DNA of 64,000 nucleotides from Octopus vulgaris (taxonomy: Eukaryota): NCBI GenBank assembly GCA_951406725.2, contig OX597815.1, positions 65,906,001 to 65,970,000 of the forward strand. Direction: 5' to 3'. Below, in pieces: positions 27,275 to 40,536 of the stretch (its first letter is position 1; the number at the start of each line of letters is the position of its first letter). The translations under genes were made by a program, and so were the position numbers. Under the pieces are notes generated by a model. That model was not told the DNA's origin. It did no database searches and saw only the letters and a list, made by a program, of their open reading frames with translations.

Positions 27275-28613
27275 TTGAAGAAAATAACCCAGCATGGATT
27301 TCGACCAGGTAGAAGCTGCCTAACACAGCTCCTGCAACACTATGACTGGGTGTTAAAACAGCTACTAAATGGCTCAAATGTGGATGTAATATATCTCGAC
27401 TTTGCAAAAGCTTTTGATAAAGTCGACCATGGTATGATCTGTCACAAACTGCGTGGTCTCGGCATAGGCGGGAAACTTGGAGAGTGGCTGCACAACTTCC
27501 TAAAAGACAGAAGACAGGCAGTTGTGAGCAATGGAGCCACCTCCAAGGAAACACAAATAACAAGCGGTGTTCCACAGGCCACTGCTGTTCATAGTGGCCC
27601 TTTCAGACATGCCTTCAGCTATGCAGATGACACAAAAGTCTCCCACACAATACAAAACCCTGAAAATATTGCGCATCTGCAACAGGAATTGGATACAATA
27701 TACAGGTGGGCTGAGGACAACAACATACAGTTTATTGCAAGTAAGTTCCAGGCCCTTCGCTACCGGCACACAAAGGTAAACGACGTGCAGGCTGGATACA
27801 CTGGCCCAGGAAGAATTGCAATCCCTGAGTCAAAATCAGTGCATGACCTGGGCATTGACATGAGCAATGATGCATCTTTCCAAGTGCATATTACTAATCT
27901 GGTGATAAAATGCAGACGGCTAGCTGGATGGATTCTCCGAACTTTCAGAACAAGAGAGAAGGAGACACTGATGGTCCTATGGAAAACATTCGTCCTCAGC
28001 CGCTTGGACTACTGCTCCCAACTATGGTCACCACACAATATAAAACTAACAGCAGAACTCGAAGCAATTCAGAGAAGCTACACAAAGAAGATCGTCTCAA
28101 TGCAAAATATCAGCTACTGGGAAAGACTGAAAGTATTAAACCTCTTCTCCCTAGAGCGGAGGCCGGAGAGATATGCGGTGATATACATCTGGAAAATCTT
28201 GGAGGGTCTTGTCCCAAACTTTGGCATTCAAAGTTACCCCAACCGCAGAACGGGGCGCCACTGCATGGTGCCAAAGATTCCAATATCACCATCAAAATAC
28301 AGGTCCAGATACTGCAACAGCTTGGGTTTCAGGGGACCACAGCTCTTTAACATCCTCCCTAAATGCCTGAGAGACTTACATGGTGTGGATGTGGGTTTCT
28401 TTAAAACAAAACTGGATCTCTTCTTGTCGGGAGTCCCAGATGAACCTACCTCACGATAGGAGACGCAGATGCGGGCAGCAGCATCGAACTCCCTTGTTGA
28501 TCAAGTGCCACGTATCAGAGGTGGATTCACATATTAGTGTAGCTCATTCAGCGGTGGTGCCCCAGCATGGCCGCGGCCTTCGGGCTAAAACATTTTTAAA
28601 GATTTAAGGATTT
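27275..28613 (+). mobile_element. 5'-truncated CR1-group LINE with reverse transcriptase ORF (27275-28459) and 3' tail
   Basis: QHGFRPGRSCLTQLL, YLDFAKAFDKVDH, SGVPQ, YADDTK, SRLDYCSQLWSP; local deletion/frameshift after SGVPQ. Confidence 0.92.
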
Positions 28614-28619
28614 ATATAT

Positions 28620-28885
28620 ATGAGTGGATTTAGTATACGGAAACTAAAAGAAGCCCGTCGTATATATACATATGTGCGTGCGTGTATGTAAATGTGTCTA
28701 TGTTTGTCCCCTCAACATTGCTTGACAACCAATGCAGGTGTGTTTATGTCCCTGTAAGTTAGAGGTTCGGCAAAAGAGACTGATAAAATAAGTACTAGGC
28801 TTACAAAGAATAAGTCCTGCGGTCGATTTGCATGGCTGCAGTCAAAATGACTGCAACAAGCAAAAGAATAAAGGAATAAAAGAAT
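28620..28885 (+). mobile_element. SINE A, 5'-truncated
   Basis: Matches 3465-3730. Confidence 0.8.
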
Positions 28886-29490
28886 ATATATATATTCCAT
28901 AGACATACCTATCCTAAATATAATTCTCAGACAGGCAGAATCAGTGTGACGCAATTTTATAAAGCTTCATCTATTGAAATCCCCTTACCATCCATTCAAA
29001 AGTTCTCATTACTGTTCCTGTCCGTCCAGTTGTGAGTTGACTCGACGCTATCAAAAATAACATTTGCCCAAGAACCTATGCATCGTAATTGCAACCAAGT
29101 CTTAATGATTGCGAATAGAACTTCTTAAACCATTGATATTCATAACAAGACACAAGTACTCCATATAGTACATCAAAATTAGTATTAACGAGGTAATTTT
29201 TGACCAAAAGGGCTCAACGAATCTCCATAAAATTTATAATTTTCTGGAGCTATGATAATGAATCTATATAGTGAAAGAATAAACAAAAAGAGTCACTTCT
29301 GATATACTTTTGATAAATCTGTAGCACATAGGTGATATGCTGCATAATCAATTGTCATGCATCACAGTTGTAGAATGCACCTCTTCAGATGACTTTTTAA
29401 AAATAAGTATCTCGCCATATCTTCACTCCACTTCACTTTGCCTTATAATAACCTATAGCTGGGTAGGTGTTGCATTCCAGCATATATGTG

Positions 29491-29541
<51 letters not shown>

Positions 29542-29782
29542 TGTGAAAATAATAAGGGTAGAAAATTCAGAAAAATTTTCATACCGGTGGCTAACATGCG
29601 TTATAAAGTCATTAGACAACATATTTTCATATATAATAGTGTATAAACAATTTAAGTATTTATACACGAAAGAGGTGACCTTTGACAGGACACTTTCCAT
29701 GCCAGACAGGGTAGTCTAAGCCCAAACCACGGATAAAAGCAATTTCAAAGGGAATGAAAATAAAAAAGATTTTTGTAGTTAC

Positions 29783-29849
29783 CCTCAGACTCGTGTTTCT
29801 GTATCAATGTGCAATAAATTAATTTGCCATCTGTACTTCATCAGTGAGG
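29783..29849 (-). ncRNA. Minimal type I hammerhead ribozyme motif
   Basis: Minus: cctca-CTGATGA-a-gta...tac-a-GAAA-C-ACGA-G-TC-tgagg. Confidence 0.75.
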
Positions 29850-30099
29850 TCGCTAAAATTAATGCATATTTATGCAGCAAATAGCACCGAAAACACACAT
29901 GATGCATGCTTATACATTATAATTTTCAAATCCACCGCATAAGCGCAGTTACATTCGACAGCAAATGATAATAAAAAATTAAAACTGCATACCAGAAAGG
30001 CTTTGAAATTACGAAATTTTTACTGTGAAAATAATAAGGGTAGTAAATTTAGAAAAATTTTCATACCGGTGGCTAGCATGCGTAATAAATTCAATAAAC

Positions 30100-30908
30100 A
30101 TAGGATATGAAAGTGGAACTGGAGGGAAGACTACAGTTTCCCCATGTCATCCATACAACCCTGAGCAAAGAAAATAATCTTGATCGAGTCCCTTTCGAAA
30201 GTAGGGTGTGATCACGCTTCCTAATTCAAAGCTGTCTACTGGATTACAAGGAGAAGGGATGTCAATCATGGATTTTCCCTGTCAAAGTTGATTGCAGGGA
30301 ATTCCCTGCCCAGCCGGTATGAGAGGAAAAAAGTGAAGGGCGGATGAGCGCAGGATGTGAGAGACAGCAGAAAGAGCTTCTTGCTGGTTATGGAGTAAGA
30401 GAGAGAAGCTAAATGCCAAGAGATGAGGAACGCTGGATACCACTTGATGACATTAGTTCTTCCTGGCCAAAGTTCCATTCACTTTCAGATCTAAGAACTC
30501 TACCATACTGCTGAATTCTAGATCTGAAATTTTGGCGGTTGTAAGCATATGACTAAATTCCTGCTGACGAATTGGAAAGTACTACCCTCTCCGGGTTGAG
30601 AAGCTGTACCACAGACTCTAGGCTACTATCTTTTCAACCTTATATTTTACGGTCAAAGGGGAAATAACCATAATTCACCCACTTGTGATTTTTTTATCTT
30701 CCTCGTTTTCTGGTTTTTCAACCTTCTACTTTTTATATCTACCTCTTTCTTGCCTTCCTCTTTTCTCGCTTTTCCTTCATCATATCGTCCTATTTTTAGC
30801 TTGTTATGTGTGTACTGCCTGAAGATTGCGCTGAGACACCGAACATGCTAAAAAATACTGTCTAGTATTCTTTCATCGCATGAAACTAATAGTAGCACAT
30901 AAAAACAT
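30100..30908 (+). mobile_element. PLE 3' end (Naiad-type GIY-YIG C-terminus, UTR, hammerhead)
   Basis: LLNSRSEI/(frameshift)GGCKHMTKFLL at about 30508-30575; CT-rich UTR; ends in (TA)n. Confidence 0.65.
30816..30897 (+). ncRNA. Minimal type I hammerhead ribozyme motif
   Basis: tgc-CTGAAGA-t-tgcg...cgca-t-GAAA-C-TAATA-G-TA-gca. Confidence 0.7.
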
Positions 30909-30923
30909 ATATTGTATGTGTGC

Positions 30924-30994
<71 letters not shown>

Positions 30995-31998
30995 TGTATG
31001 TATGTATGTATATATGCATGTATGTATGTATGCATGTATGCATGTATGTATGTATGTATGTATGTATGCATGTATGTATGTATGTATGTATGTATGTATG
31101 CATGTATGTATGTATGTATGTATGTATGCATGTATGTATGTATAACACATGTATATGTGTGTGTGCGCGTATGTATGTATCATATTCGCTTTGTCAGTAG
31201 TTTACCATATACATATATAAAAACACAGATTTACATCCATATAAAACACTCTTACACATACGTGCGTGGATGAATATTCGCATGTACATATGGTATATAC
31301 GTATGCATTTACAAACACGCACACGCACGCACGCATTCACACACACACACGCACACACATACACATACACGCACACAGACACACACATATACAGCAGCTA
31401 AAAAAAGTTTCTAAAATTACACAGAAAAATAAATGATAATAAGTTGATGTTAATTAGAGCAGAAAATCTCCGAATACTAAAGTAACTAACAATCTTTCGC
31501 CGGAACGCAGTGTTTCAACTAATTTTAACACGGACAATAAATATGTTTGGTTGTTTGAATGAGGGGTTCAATTGAAAACATCTGGCTAGATATTTGACGT
31601 GTGTAAAAGGAGATGTCAAAAACAACTAGATACTACATGTGGGATGATATGATATGGGATAATAAGGCATAATATGATAGGATATTTTAATAGCATATAC
31701 GATAATATGAGAGGCCTTTATTGTAATAGCTTCCACACAGAAAACAGACACGAGATAAACATCTAAAATTCCTGTGTCAAGCAAATAATGCCTTTTATTT
31801 ATTTATTTATTTATTTAGGTATCCATCTATTTAGATGTTTTATTTGTTTATTTTGTGTGTTTTATTTACTGGTGGCCTTTAAAAGTTGGTTGATATTGTC
31901 TTCCTCCATGAAAATTCAATATCAATCAACCTATTAAAGCATGAAAGCATAGAGATCAAAAAAGAGAACAAAAAGAGGATTGATGGAGCAGACTCTCT

Positions 31999-32072
<74 letters not shown>

Positions 32073-32192
32073 GGAACAAAAACGCAATAGAGGACAAGAA
32101 AACATACGGACAGATAGACGATACAAAGGCGGCCAGGAGAAACAACAATTAGAAGGACAGGGAAAAAAGGACGGATCACTCGTAGCCTTCTT

Positions 32193-32264
32193 TCTTCAGT
32201 CAAGTTACCAGATGTCGTTACCGTTTCGGGCAGTTACACTTGAGACAGTTCGATCTGGTTGCCT
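32193..32264 (-). ncRNA. Strand-permuted hammerhead-like motif, copy 2
   Basis: Minus: ggca-accagat-cga-actgT-C-tcaagt-gtaac-tgccc-GAAA-cggt...atctggt-a-acttga-CTGAAGA. Confidence 0.65.
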
Positions 32265-34162
32265 ACCAAAAAGTCTAAGCTAAGAACATATTTTTTGTAA
32301 GAAAGCTAGCGAATGTGTACGGCAACAAGGACAAAATACGGAGAACATGGTACACAATTACAAATACAAACAAGTGTCTTTCGACTGAAAACTAATCAAA
32401 TTGTCCTCCCTCCCTCTGCCTCTCTCTCTCTCTCTCTCACTGAATCTCTCTGGCTTTCTTTTTGTCTCCTATCTATCCATGCGTCTCTCTGTTTTTCTCT
32501 GTTTCTGTCTCTCACGCTGTCTTGTCCATTCTTCTTCTTATACTTTCTATTCTGTTTCTGAAATCTGATAATTTTTCGTTATTTATTTCCAGAGGTTTGT
32601 TTCGTGTTGCGGATATTTTTCGCCAGAGAACAATTACAAATCGCTTCCTGACAGTCAGTATCGATCCTTCGTTGAAGCCAATTCTCTTTACTTGCACCAA
32701 TATTGATCTGTAGAATACCATGATTTCTACAATTCACCGGTAACAGACCCCTGCCAAATAATACAAACATATATGCCAAGACAAAGAATCCAAAATAGAT
32801 ACAACTGCGAAGCTTTGGGAATCACATCACATACTTCACTAATGCTCGTGCGAAAGGCATGAACGTTTCATCGTACTGCTCGTTTTTTGAATAAATTCAG
32901 CCTTTAATTTTGTGTAATAAATTATTAATTTCTGAGATTGGCTTTGAGCCAAAATATTAGAGGCGGAGAGGAGGGTTATAGTGTAATAATTTGGCACCAT
33001 TATTTGCCTGGTTTTTATCGATTTCAGATCAATGAAAAGCAAAAACAGCTTTGTAATTATTTGATCTCAGAGTATAAATACAGTTTGACAAGCATTGTAA
33101 ATAACTCTTACCCATAGGGACAATCACTTCTCTGAATAACAAATTATTGTTACTATTTTTAATGTCGAGAACTTGGTAAGTGAGTTTCCGATTAGATTTT
33201 AGTTCTGACTTGGAATCACTCGATTATCTTTTCTTTCGCTAATCCTTGTAATAAAGCATAATCCGATGTAATCCAATAATGAAGGTCTCAGGGTTGCTGT
33301 TGTTGCTTTTTTTTTTCTGTTAAAATATGTTACAGTAACGTCGACCGCTTAAATTGGTAAAGTACCAAACACTGTACCAAACTAGCTTCCAGTATTTAGT
33401 TCCAGCCGTCTTTGTTCCAATTTAAAAATTCTTTAGCTGAATTCGACATCATTTTATCATGCGACGCAGATACAGTAAAGTACCAATAATATATTGTGAC
33501 TGATTCAATATAAATTTGTTTTCAAAAATATTGGCTAGTGGATTAAATAAAATAAAAAATACTGCGACTTAGTGGATAAAAGTGTTGGAATCTTGCGAGA
33601 AATAAATATTCACAAACTTTAAACATCAACCTTCGGAAAACAAATGTAGCCTCTGTCAATGAACGAAGATGAAACAATTTGAAAGGCATTGTTTTGCCCA
33701 AGAGAAAATACGAACATCAATACCAGAGACACAAATTCCATATCACTGTTGTTGACAAATAAAATAAATTGGTTTGTCTGTAGTAAATTTAGTTGAAAAA
33801 CAGCTCAGCAGTTAGGCAGTTATGTATGTTAATTGTATCACAGAAGTCGTTTTAGTTATCATAATAACTAAAATTGCCGCCTTTTTACATTCCAATGAAA
33901 AAATATCATACTAAATAGTTCTGAAACTGAGTTTAATCAAATTTCTGAATAGCAGACTATTAATTAAATTTATCTGAATAGCAGCTGGTTGAATGAGTGC
34001 GTCCGTGTGTACTTACCTCTATATAAAAATAACCGATATAAATGTTGGTTGTTTGTTTGTTTGGTTGGTTGGTTGGTTGGTTGGTTGGTTGGTTGGTTGG
34101 TTGGTTGGTTGGTTGGTTGGTTAGTCCACTAGGTTTTTCATTGGAATAGATTATGATTATCT

Positions 34163-34389
34163 TTTTATCTTTTACTTGCTTCAGTCATTAGACTGCGACC
34201 ATGCTGGGGGTACCGCTTTGAAGAATTTTTAGTCGAATAAATAGACCTCAGTACTTTTTTTAAAGACTGATCTCTTTTACCGAACCGATAGGTTGCGGGA
34301 CGTAAACACACCAATACCGGTTGGTAAGCAGTGTGTGGGGGACAAAAGAAAGACACAAAGAACGCACAAACACATAGATATATATATAC

Positions 34390-34459
<70 letters not shown>

Positions 34460-34648
34460 CATACGTAAACAGAGAAAGAGATACAACGGGATTCTTCCAA
34501 TTTCCGTCTACTAAATCTACTCGCAAGGCTTTGGTCGGCCTGAGTCTATAGCAGAAGGCACGTTCCTAGGATGTTACACAATGGAACTGAACGCGGAACA
34601 ATGTGGTTCGGAAGCAAGCTTCTTACCACACAGCCACGCCTGCGCCTA
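34163..34648 (-). mobile_element. SINE A, full length with expanded internal (TA)n
   Basis: Head to tail matches 3343-3733. Confidence 0.85.
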
Positions 34649-35344
34649 TTATGTTGATATAATTTAGAAAAATAATGACATGTATTTATTCAAAATATAC
34701 AAATGAGAAATATGCTTTACTTAATTTTATTTTAAGGTAATAAATAATACTTTTTCTTTTGAAAATGAATATTGCTTACCACAAAGAAATTTGATAAAAG
34801 TTAAATTATAATTATTGTAAGTATGCAATATTTCCTAATATTAGCAATGATTATAAAAGGATATACTTACAAGGTTACCCGTCATATGACGAGTAACACT
34901 CCAGTCCATAAATAATATTAAAATCGTAACTGGAAAACTTCTAAGATCTAAAATCGCAGTCAGCCGAGTTGTGTCACAGCACACAAGCCGCCATGTTACA
35001 TGATTCATAACCCCTCGGCAACAATCCAATATGTACGCGTCTAAGGGATGGTGTAAGATTATGTGACTGCTACTAGATATGGTGGTACAGATCAGTTGTA
35101 TAAAGAGCAGGAATATTGTCTTTTTCTGTTTGACGTATAGATGTGAATTATTGACATAAGTAGAGCTAGAAGCTGTTGATGGGCCCTACCACGCTGATTG
35201 CTACTCTCAATACTATTCATGACAATGAAATCATAGTCCTTTTTTGATTCCACCCTGCTTGAAACCATCCGTGATCCAAATACAGACTTACTATTTTAAA
35301 GTGGTGTAAATTATAACCTTCCATTAAAATTTTCAAGCTCACAC

Positions 35345-35663
<319 letters not shown>

Positions 35664-35671
35664 AAGTAGTG

Positions 35672-36050
35672 GTTTTCATGGCTTTTGATCTTAACTGATT
35701 GGAAATGTTATCATGTACATTGTTTTATCTTGGTATAAAAGATGGGCTACAGCAAATATTCTGCTCAATATCTCAGATTTGATTGGTAGTTGTTTGACCT
35801 TAACCAGTTGAGCATGTTCCTTAGTGGCTGACGATATGTGCATCTCTCATCACGAGCAGAAGTAGTGGTGGAGTATCATAGCCATGTGTTGAGAGGAATT
35901 ATTTATTTATCTTGGTATGAGATCACTATGTCGCGCACATATGTTGGTGATGCTGTACCCTTATCAGACGGGTAGTCATGATGGGTATATTGGGCTTCTT
36001 ATATTTGTACCACAGTGTCACTTTGATGGCACGCGTTGCTCTCTCACTCA
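35672..36050 (+). mobile_element. Repeat family E, second copy
   Basis: Homologous to 16074-16579 with an internal deletion. Confidence 0.65.
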
Positions 36051-36086
36051 ATGATAATACTAATTAATGTCTGGTCACTCTTGAAC

Positions 36087-39000
36087 GCTAATGGTAACAT
36101 GTAACCCAGTACAACCTATCGCATGGTCGAGTCGTCGGCGACTAAACCGGCAACCCCACCAAGCTTGCATGGTGAGGAGACCCTGCGAGGAGGACACCCT
36201 GCAAGATGAACACAAAACCCATGAAAGGGCGTAAGAACGTAGGAGAGTCAACGGCCATCCAAAATGTTTGTAATATCTGCACCTGCACAGGATAGTTCAG
36301 TTCAATTTTATGGTCTGAGGGCCCCTTAAAGTCGTATACGTTATACTCAAGAGACAGTGTATTAAAAAAACGGTTACGGTGGAACCTTTAAACCACTAGT
36401 CCCAATGAGTGAAATGAATCAAAGTAATTATCTATACAAAGACGTGAATAATGGAGCTTCTAGTGAAATTGCATCGTCCGGCAAGTGTACTGTAGGTGAG
36501 CGGCACAGACCATGACGTCATATACTACTGCCAGAATGAAGCGGAGTAAGGAGGTAATAGAGTGTTATTTTAGAACCAAGCCTGTGAATGAAAATGGTGT
36601 GCCAGTTAGAGGATATAGACTCAAAATGCTACGAGTATGGCACGAGACAAGGCTCTTTGAATCAAGTGAACATAGGATTCGTGATCATGCAAAGGCAATA
36701 CGCAAGACGGATGGCTATCTGAGATGGAGATGGAAATGATAAAGGGAAAGATAAGCCAAGGGGATGAGGAAGCTCAGGATGTTGGAGACCTAAATAGAGA
36801 TGAGAGTATGGATAGGGTAGAATCCAGCAGGAAGAAGAGGAAATGAAAACTCGAGAGGATGAGGGAAGTAACATTAACATCAATGAACTAAAGGACATAT
36901 CGGATAAAGACAGACGGATGATTACTAATATAGGAGATCTATAAATCAGGAGGCAGTAATTAATTTTTGTTTAAAGCAAACCAAAGTCAGCTATAAGAAA
37001 TAACTAACAAAGTAAACAACATCCTTGACAAGGTGCCAACTAGAACCATCGCCGAAACAACAATATCATCAGCACTACAAGGAACCTTGGTGGAAAAGGA
37101 GAACTGATAGGGACATCAAAATGCTTAAGAAAGATATAGATATTCAAGAAAGGACAAAACGAGATGAATTAAGAAAAATGGGTAAGACTGAACAACTTGC
37201 AGAGAAGTACAATACTAGAAGAAAGAAGAATATTTGGTAGTTGAAAAGCTGAAACAAAGACTACTTGCCAAAACTGCAAAGATCAAGGGGAATGAACAAC
37301 GGGTCACGTACTATAAACAGAATGTATTTTTCCAACCAAATCAGAAGTTGAATGGTATGGTTAAGAATGTAATCCATGATGTGGATGAAAGTAAGAATTT
37401 TTGGAGTTATATCTGAAGTGTAGGAAAATAGCACAATAGAAGTATGGAGTGGTTAACTAAAGTAAAAAAGGATATTGGGGATAATCACCTGGAAGAAGTA
37501 GCGATAACATCTGATATGGTAACTATCCAGTGTAGAAAGATGCCAAATTAGAAAGCTCCATATAGAGACAGGGTACAAGGGTTCTGGTTGAAAAATCTGA
37601 GAGCCCTTCGTGGGAGAATTGCAGAGCAACTGAATAAGATTTTGAATGGAGTAGAGAGGTTGCCAGAATGGCTAATCTTTGGGAAAACGATCTTCTATTT
37701 GGAGAAACACAGCAAAGGAAATGCAGTTGAAAACTTTAGACCTATCTCTTCCCTTATGTGCAAGCTTATGGCAGGTTTCATTGCTGAGGCAATATATGAA
37801 TATCTGGAGTAGACACAGCCTGAAGAGCAGAATGGTAGCAGGAGAAGGAGCAAAGAGACTAAGGATCAATTGATTGGTAAGGCAATCCTTAAAGATTGTA
37901 AAAGGAGACGCACAAACCTTGCCATGACCTGGATCGATTACAGTCAAGCTTATGACATAATGCCAGATAATTGGATAATGGAATGTTTGGAAATGATTGG
38001 CATACTGCAACTAACGTTAGATAGTTTCTGGTAAACAGTATGGATAGTTGGAAGACTGAGCTGACATCATGTAGACAGACATTGGGAGTTGTGAACATCA
38101 AGAGAGAAATATTCTACGGAGGCAGCTTTTGATGTTTGCATTAGTGATGAGAAGGGCAAAGGCTGGTTACAAGTAGGGAGGACGTAAGTTTAAGATAAAC
38201 CACCTGCTGTTCATGGATGACCGAAAACTCTTAGAGCAATCCTTTGAACAGACTGATACCCTTGTTCAGGCAGTTCATACATTCACCATGGACATTGGAA
38301 TGGTATTTGGCATTAAATAAATGTGTGGAGTGCTACTACTGAAGCGAAGTAGAGTTATAAGATGGAACGAATTATACTACCAGAGGGGCAAATTATGGAG
38401 GAAATGGATGACAACGAGTATAAGTACTTGGGCATCCTGGAAAAAGACCAAATGAAAGAGAAAGAAATGAAAGAGTTGGTATCAAAAGAGTATAAACGGA
38501 GACTGAAATGAAATGCATGTGGAATCTGAGGGAAATAATTTGGCATGGTATATAAAGACTTCAAAGGGGAGATTGATGGCATGAGTAAGAAAGATAAAAG
38601 TCCTAAGCAGTGATGAAGCAAAGGAAAAGGGAGAATTTTAATAAATGGAAAGAAGAAAAAATGTAGCGTAAATTCTTGCGAAAAATGTTCGAGAGGGTTG
38701 ACAAAACTAAAGATCTGAGAATGGACTAGGAAAAGCGACTTGAAAGTTGAAACTGAAGCACTTATCTTCGCAGCTCAAGAACAGGCACTAAGAACGAGCT
38801 ATATCAAGTTCAATATTGACAAGTCTGTGACTTTCCCACTTTGTAGGTTGCGTGGGGAGAAAGGTGAAACAACAAGCCACATCATTAGCGAATGCAAGAT
38901 GCTTGCACAGAAAGAAAACAAGAGAAGGTACGACAACATTGCTAGATGGGTTCACTAGAAGCTCTATCATAAGTATGACATGAGCAGATGTGAGAAATGA

Positions 39001-39150
39001 TATGAGCACCAAACCAGAAAGGATCGCTGAAAACGAAAAATATAAGATATTGTGGGCCATGACCATCCAGTGTGACTAGAAGACCTGACATTATTGTCAC
39101 AGAGAAGAAGAACAAAGCAATCATTGTGAAGATTGCTTCATATATGAGTA
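36087..39150 (+). mobile_element. Near full-length decayed R4/Dong-clade non-LTR retrotransposon
   Basis: [80 protein letters not shown] (CCHC knuckle), RPDII; many stops. Confidence 0.9.
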
Positions 39151-39419
39151 TACAGGTTGTGAACTCAGAATCTACATGCTTAGATGTGTTTAGATTTATG
39201 ATGCTGCTGTGACTTCAAGCACTGCCTTTCGAGGTAATCATGAATAAGTTTCGAAAGGTGAAAATGAAGGCTGTTTTTAAACCATATACATACGTACATA
39301 CATATATGCATATACACACGAACACAGACACAACCATACATACATTCATATATATATCAACCACGCGTTCTTGTCCCATTTTGTATTTTTATATATATAT
39401 TTTTATACATATATTATTG

Positions 39420-40255
39420 CGGCGTAACGTACACCTTGTTCTCTTCTATGTATGTAAGCATCCCACTACTGTACGACTTCTACACACGCTTTCTCTATAC
39501 TTCACTAGTCTCTGTCTTTCTCTTTTCTCGCCTCTGATTCTTTGGTCTCCTCTTCCCCCACTCTCTCACATTTCTCTGTCTTTCTCACTTTGCACCTCAC
39601 TGACCCTGCCTTTCTGTTGTCAAGCCAATCCTTGGCACGCTCTCTTTCTTCCCCCTCTTTAATTCCTTCTTTCTCTCTCTTCTCCCCTCTTTGGTGCCTT
39701 TGTCCCTCTTTTTCTCTCTCTCTTTGATTCTTTGCCCCTCTTTTTTCTCTCTCTTCTCCTCTCACGTGACCGCCGGTCAACTAGCCTTTCGGCTTCTGAG
39801 CACCGCCACGACAACATCGATTTCTTCGTCTGCCGTAAGGCATTATTTTCCAAATACGCCAGCTAAGCTAAGTTGAACTGTCTAAAGTCGTAAGACACCC
39901 GCTGTTTATGTCCTGTTATTATTATTATTGTTTTTTGTATTTATATTCGTGTGACATCGTCCGTTTTTCTGTCCTTGTTTCGTATATATTCGATCCTTTT
40001 TCCAAGAAATCTAATGCTCGTAGCTTAGTTTTTCCTTGGGGCTGGCTGGATCGGAGCGATCTCAAGATTAATCAGCCGAAATTGCGAGGATGATCCGGTT
40101 CTTGACTGAAGATTAGAGGCTTCGAATGACCCGTCCGTTTTTTGTGTCGTCTATTTGAATGTTTTGCGTTCTTGTCCCAGCGTCCAATAATACTATATTT
40201 TTTCCACGTCCTCGCGTTGTTGTGTTTTTTTGTGTTTTCTTGTTTGGATTAACTA
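39420..40255 (+). mobile_element. PLE-like terminal region (CT-rich tract plus structured terminal repeat) between (TA) runs
   Basis: Homologous to 32070-32360 (-) and 24819-24960; carries hammerhead core motifs. Confidence 0.55.
40040..40112 (+). ncRNA. Strand-permuted hammerhead-like motif, copy 1
   Basis: ggctg-gctggatc-gga-gcgaT-C-tcaaga-ttaat-cagcc-GAAA-ttgc...gatccggt-tcttga-CTGAAGA. Confidence 0.65.
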
Positions 40256-40484
40256 TATATATATATATTAATAAATGAAATAAAACATATGCATATATAT
40301 AAACATATATGTACGTACCTACCTCTACATGTACATATACACGCATATATGAGTACAGGACACCAAAGGGACGTCGAACACAATGAGAAACGAAAACATA
40401 GACACAAACCAAAGGAACTGGACATTTTTTAAAAACAACAAAAAAAATAGAGTACAGGACAATTAACACAAAGAAAAAACCCCT

Positions 40485-40536
40485 TCTTCAGTCGCTATGG
40501 TTTCATCTACTTTACGTTTCGAAGGATAAAAGCGAG
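40485..40536 (-). ncRNA. Strand-permuted hammerhead-like motif, divergent copy truncated at the predicted cleavage site
   Basis: Minus: C-tcgct-tttat-ccttc-GAAA-cgt...agcga-CTGAAGA-agggg. Confidence 0.55.

Noticed and set aside
29320-29395. CTGAAGA-ggtg...cacc on the minus strand
   Set aside because: GAAA box absent
32560-32800. Possible GIY-YIG remnant on the minus strand (IGASKENWLQRR)
   Set aside because: Similarity too weak to call by eye
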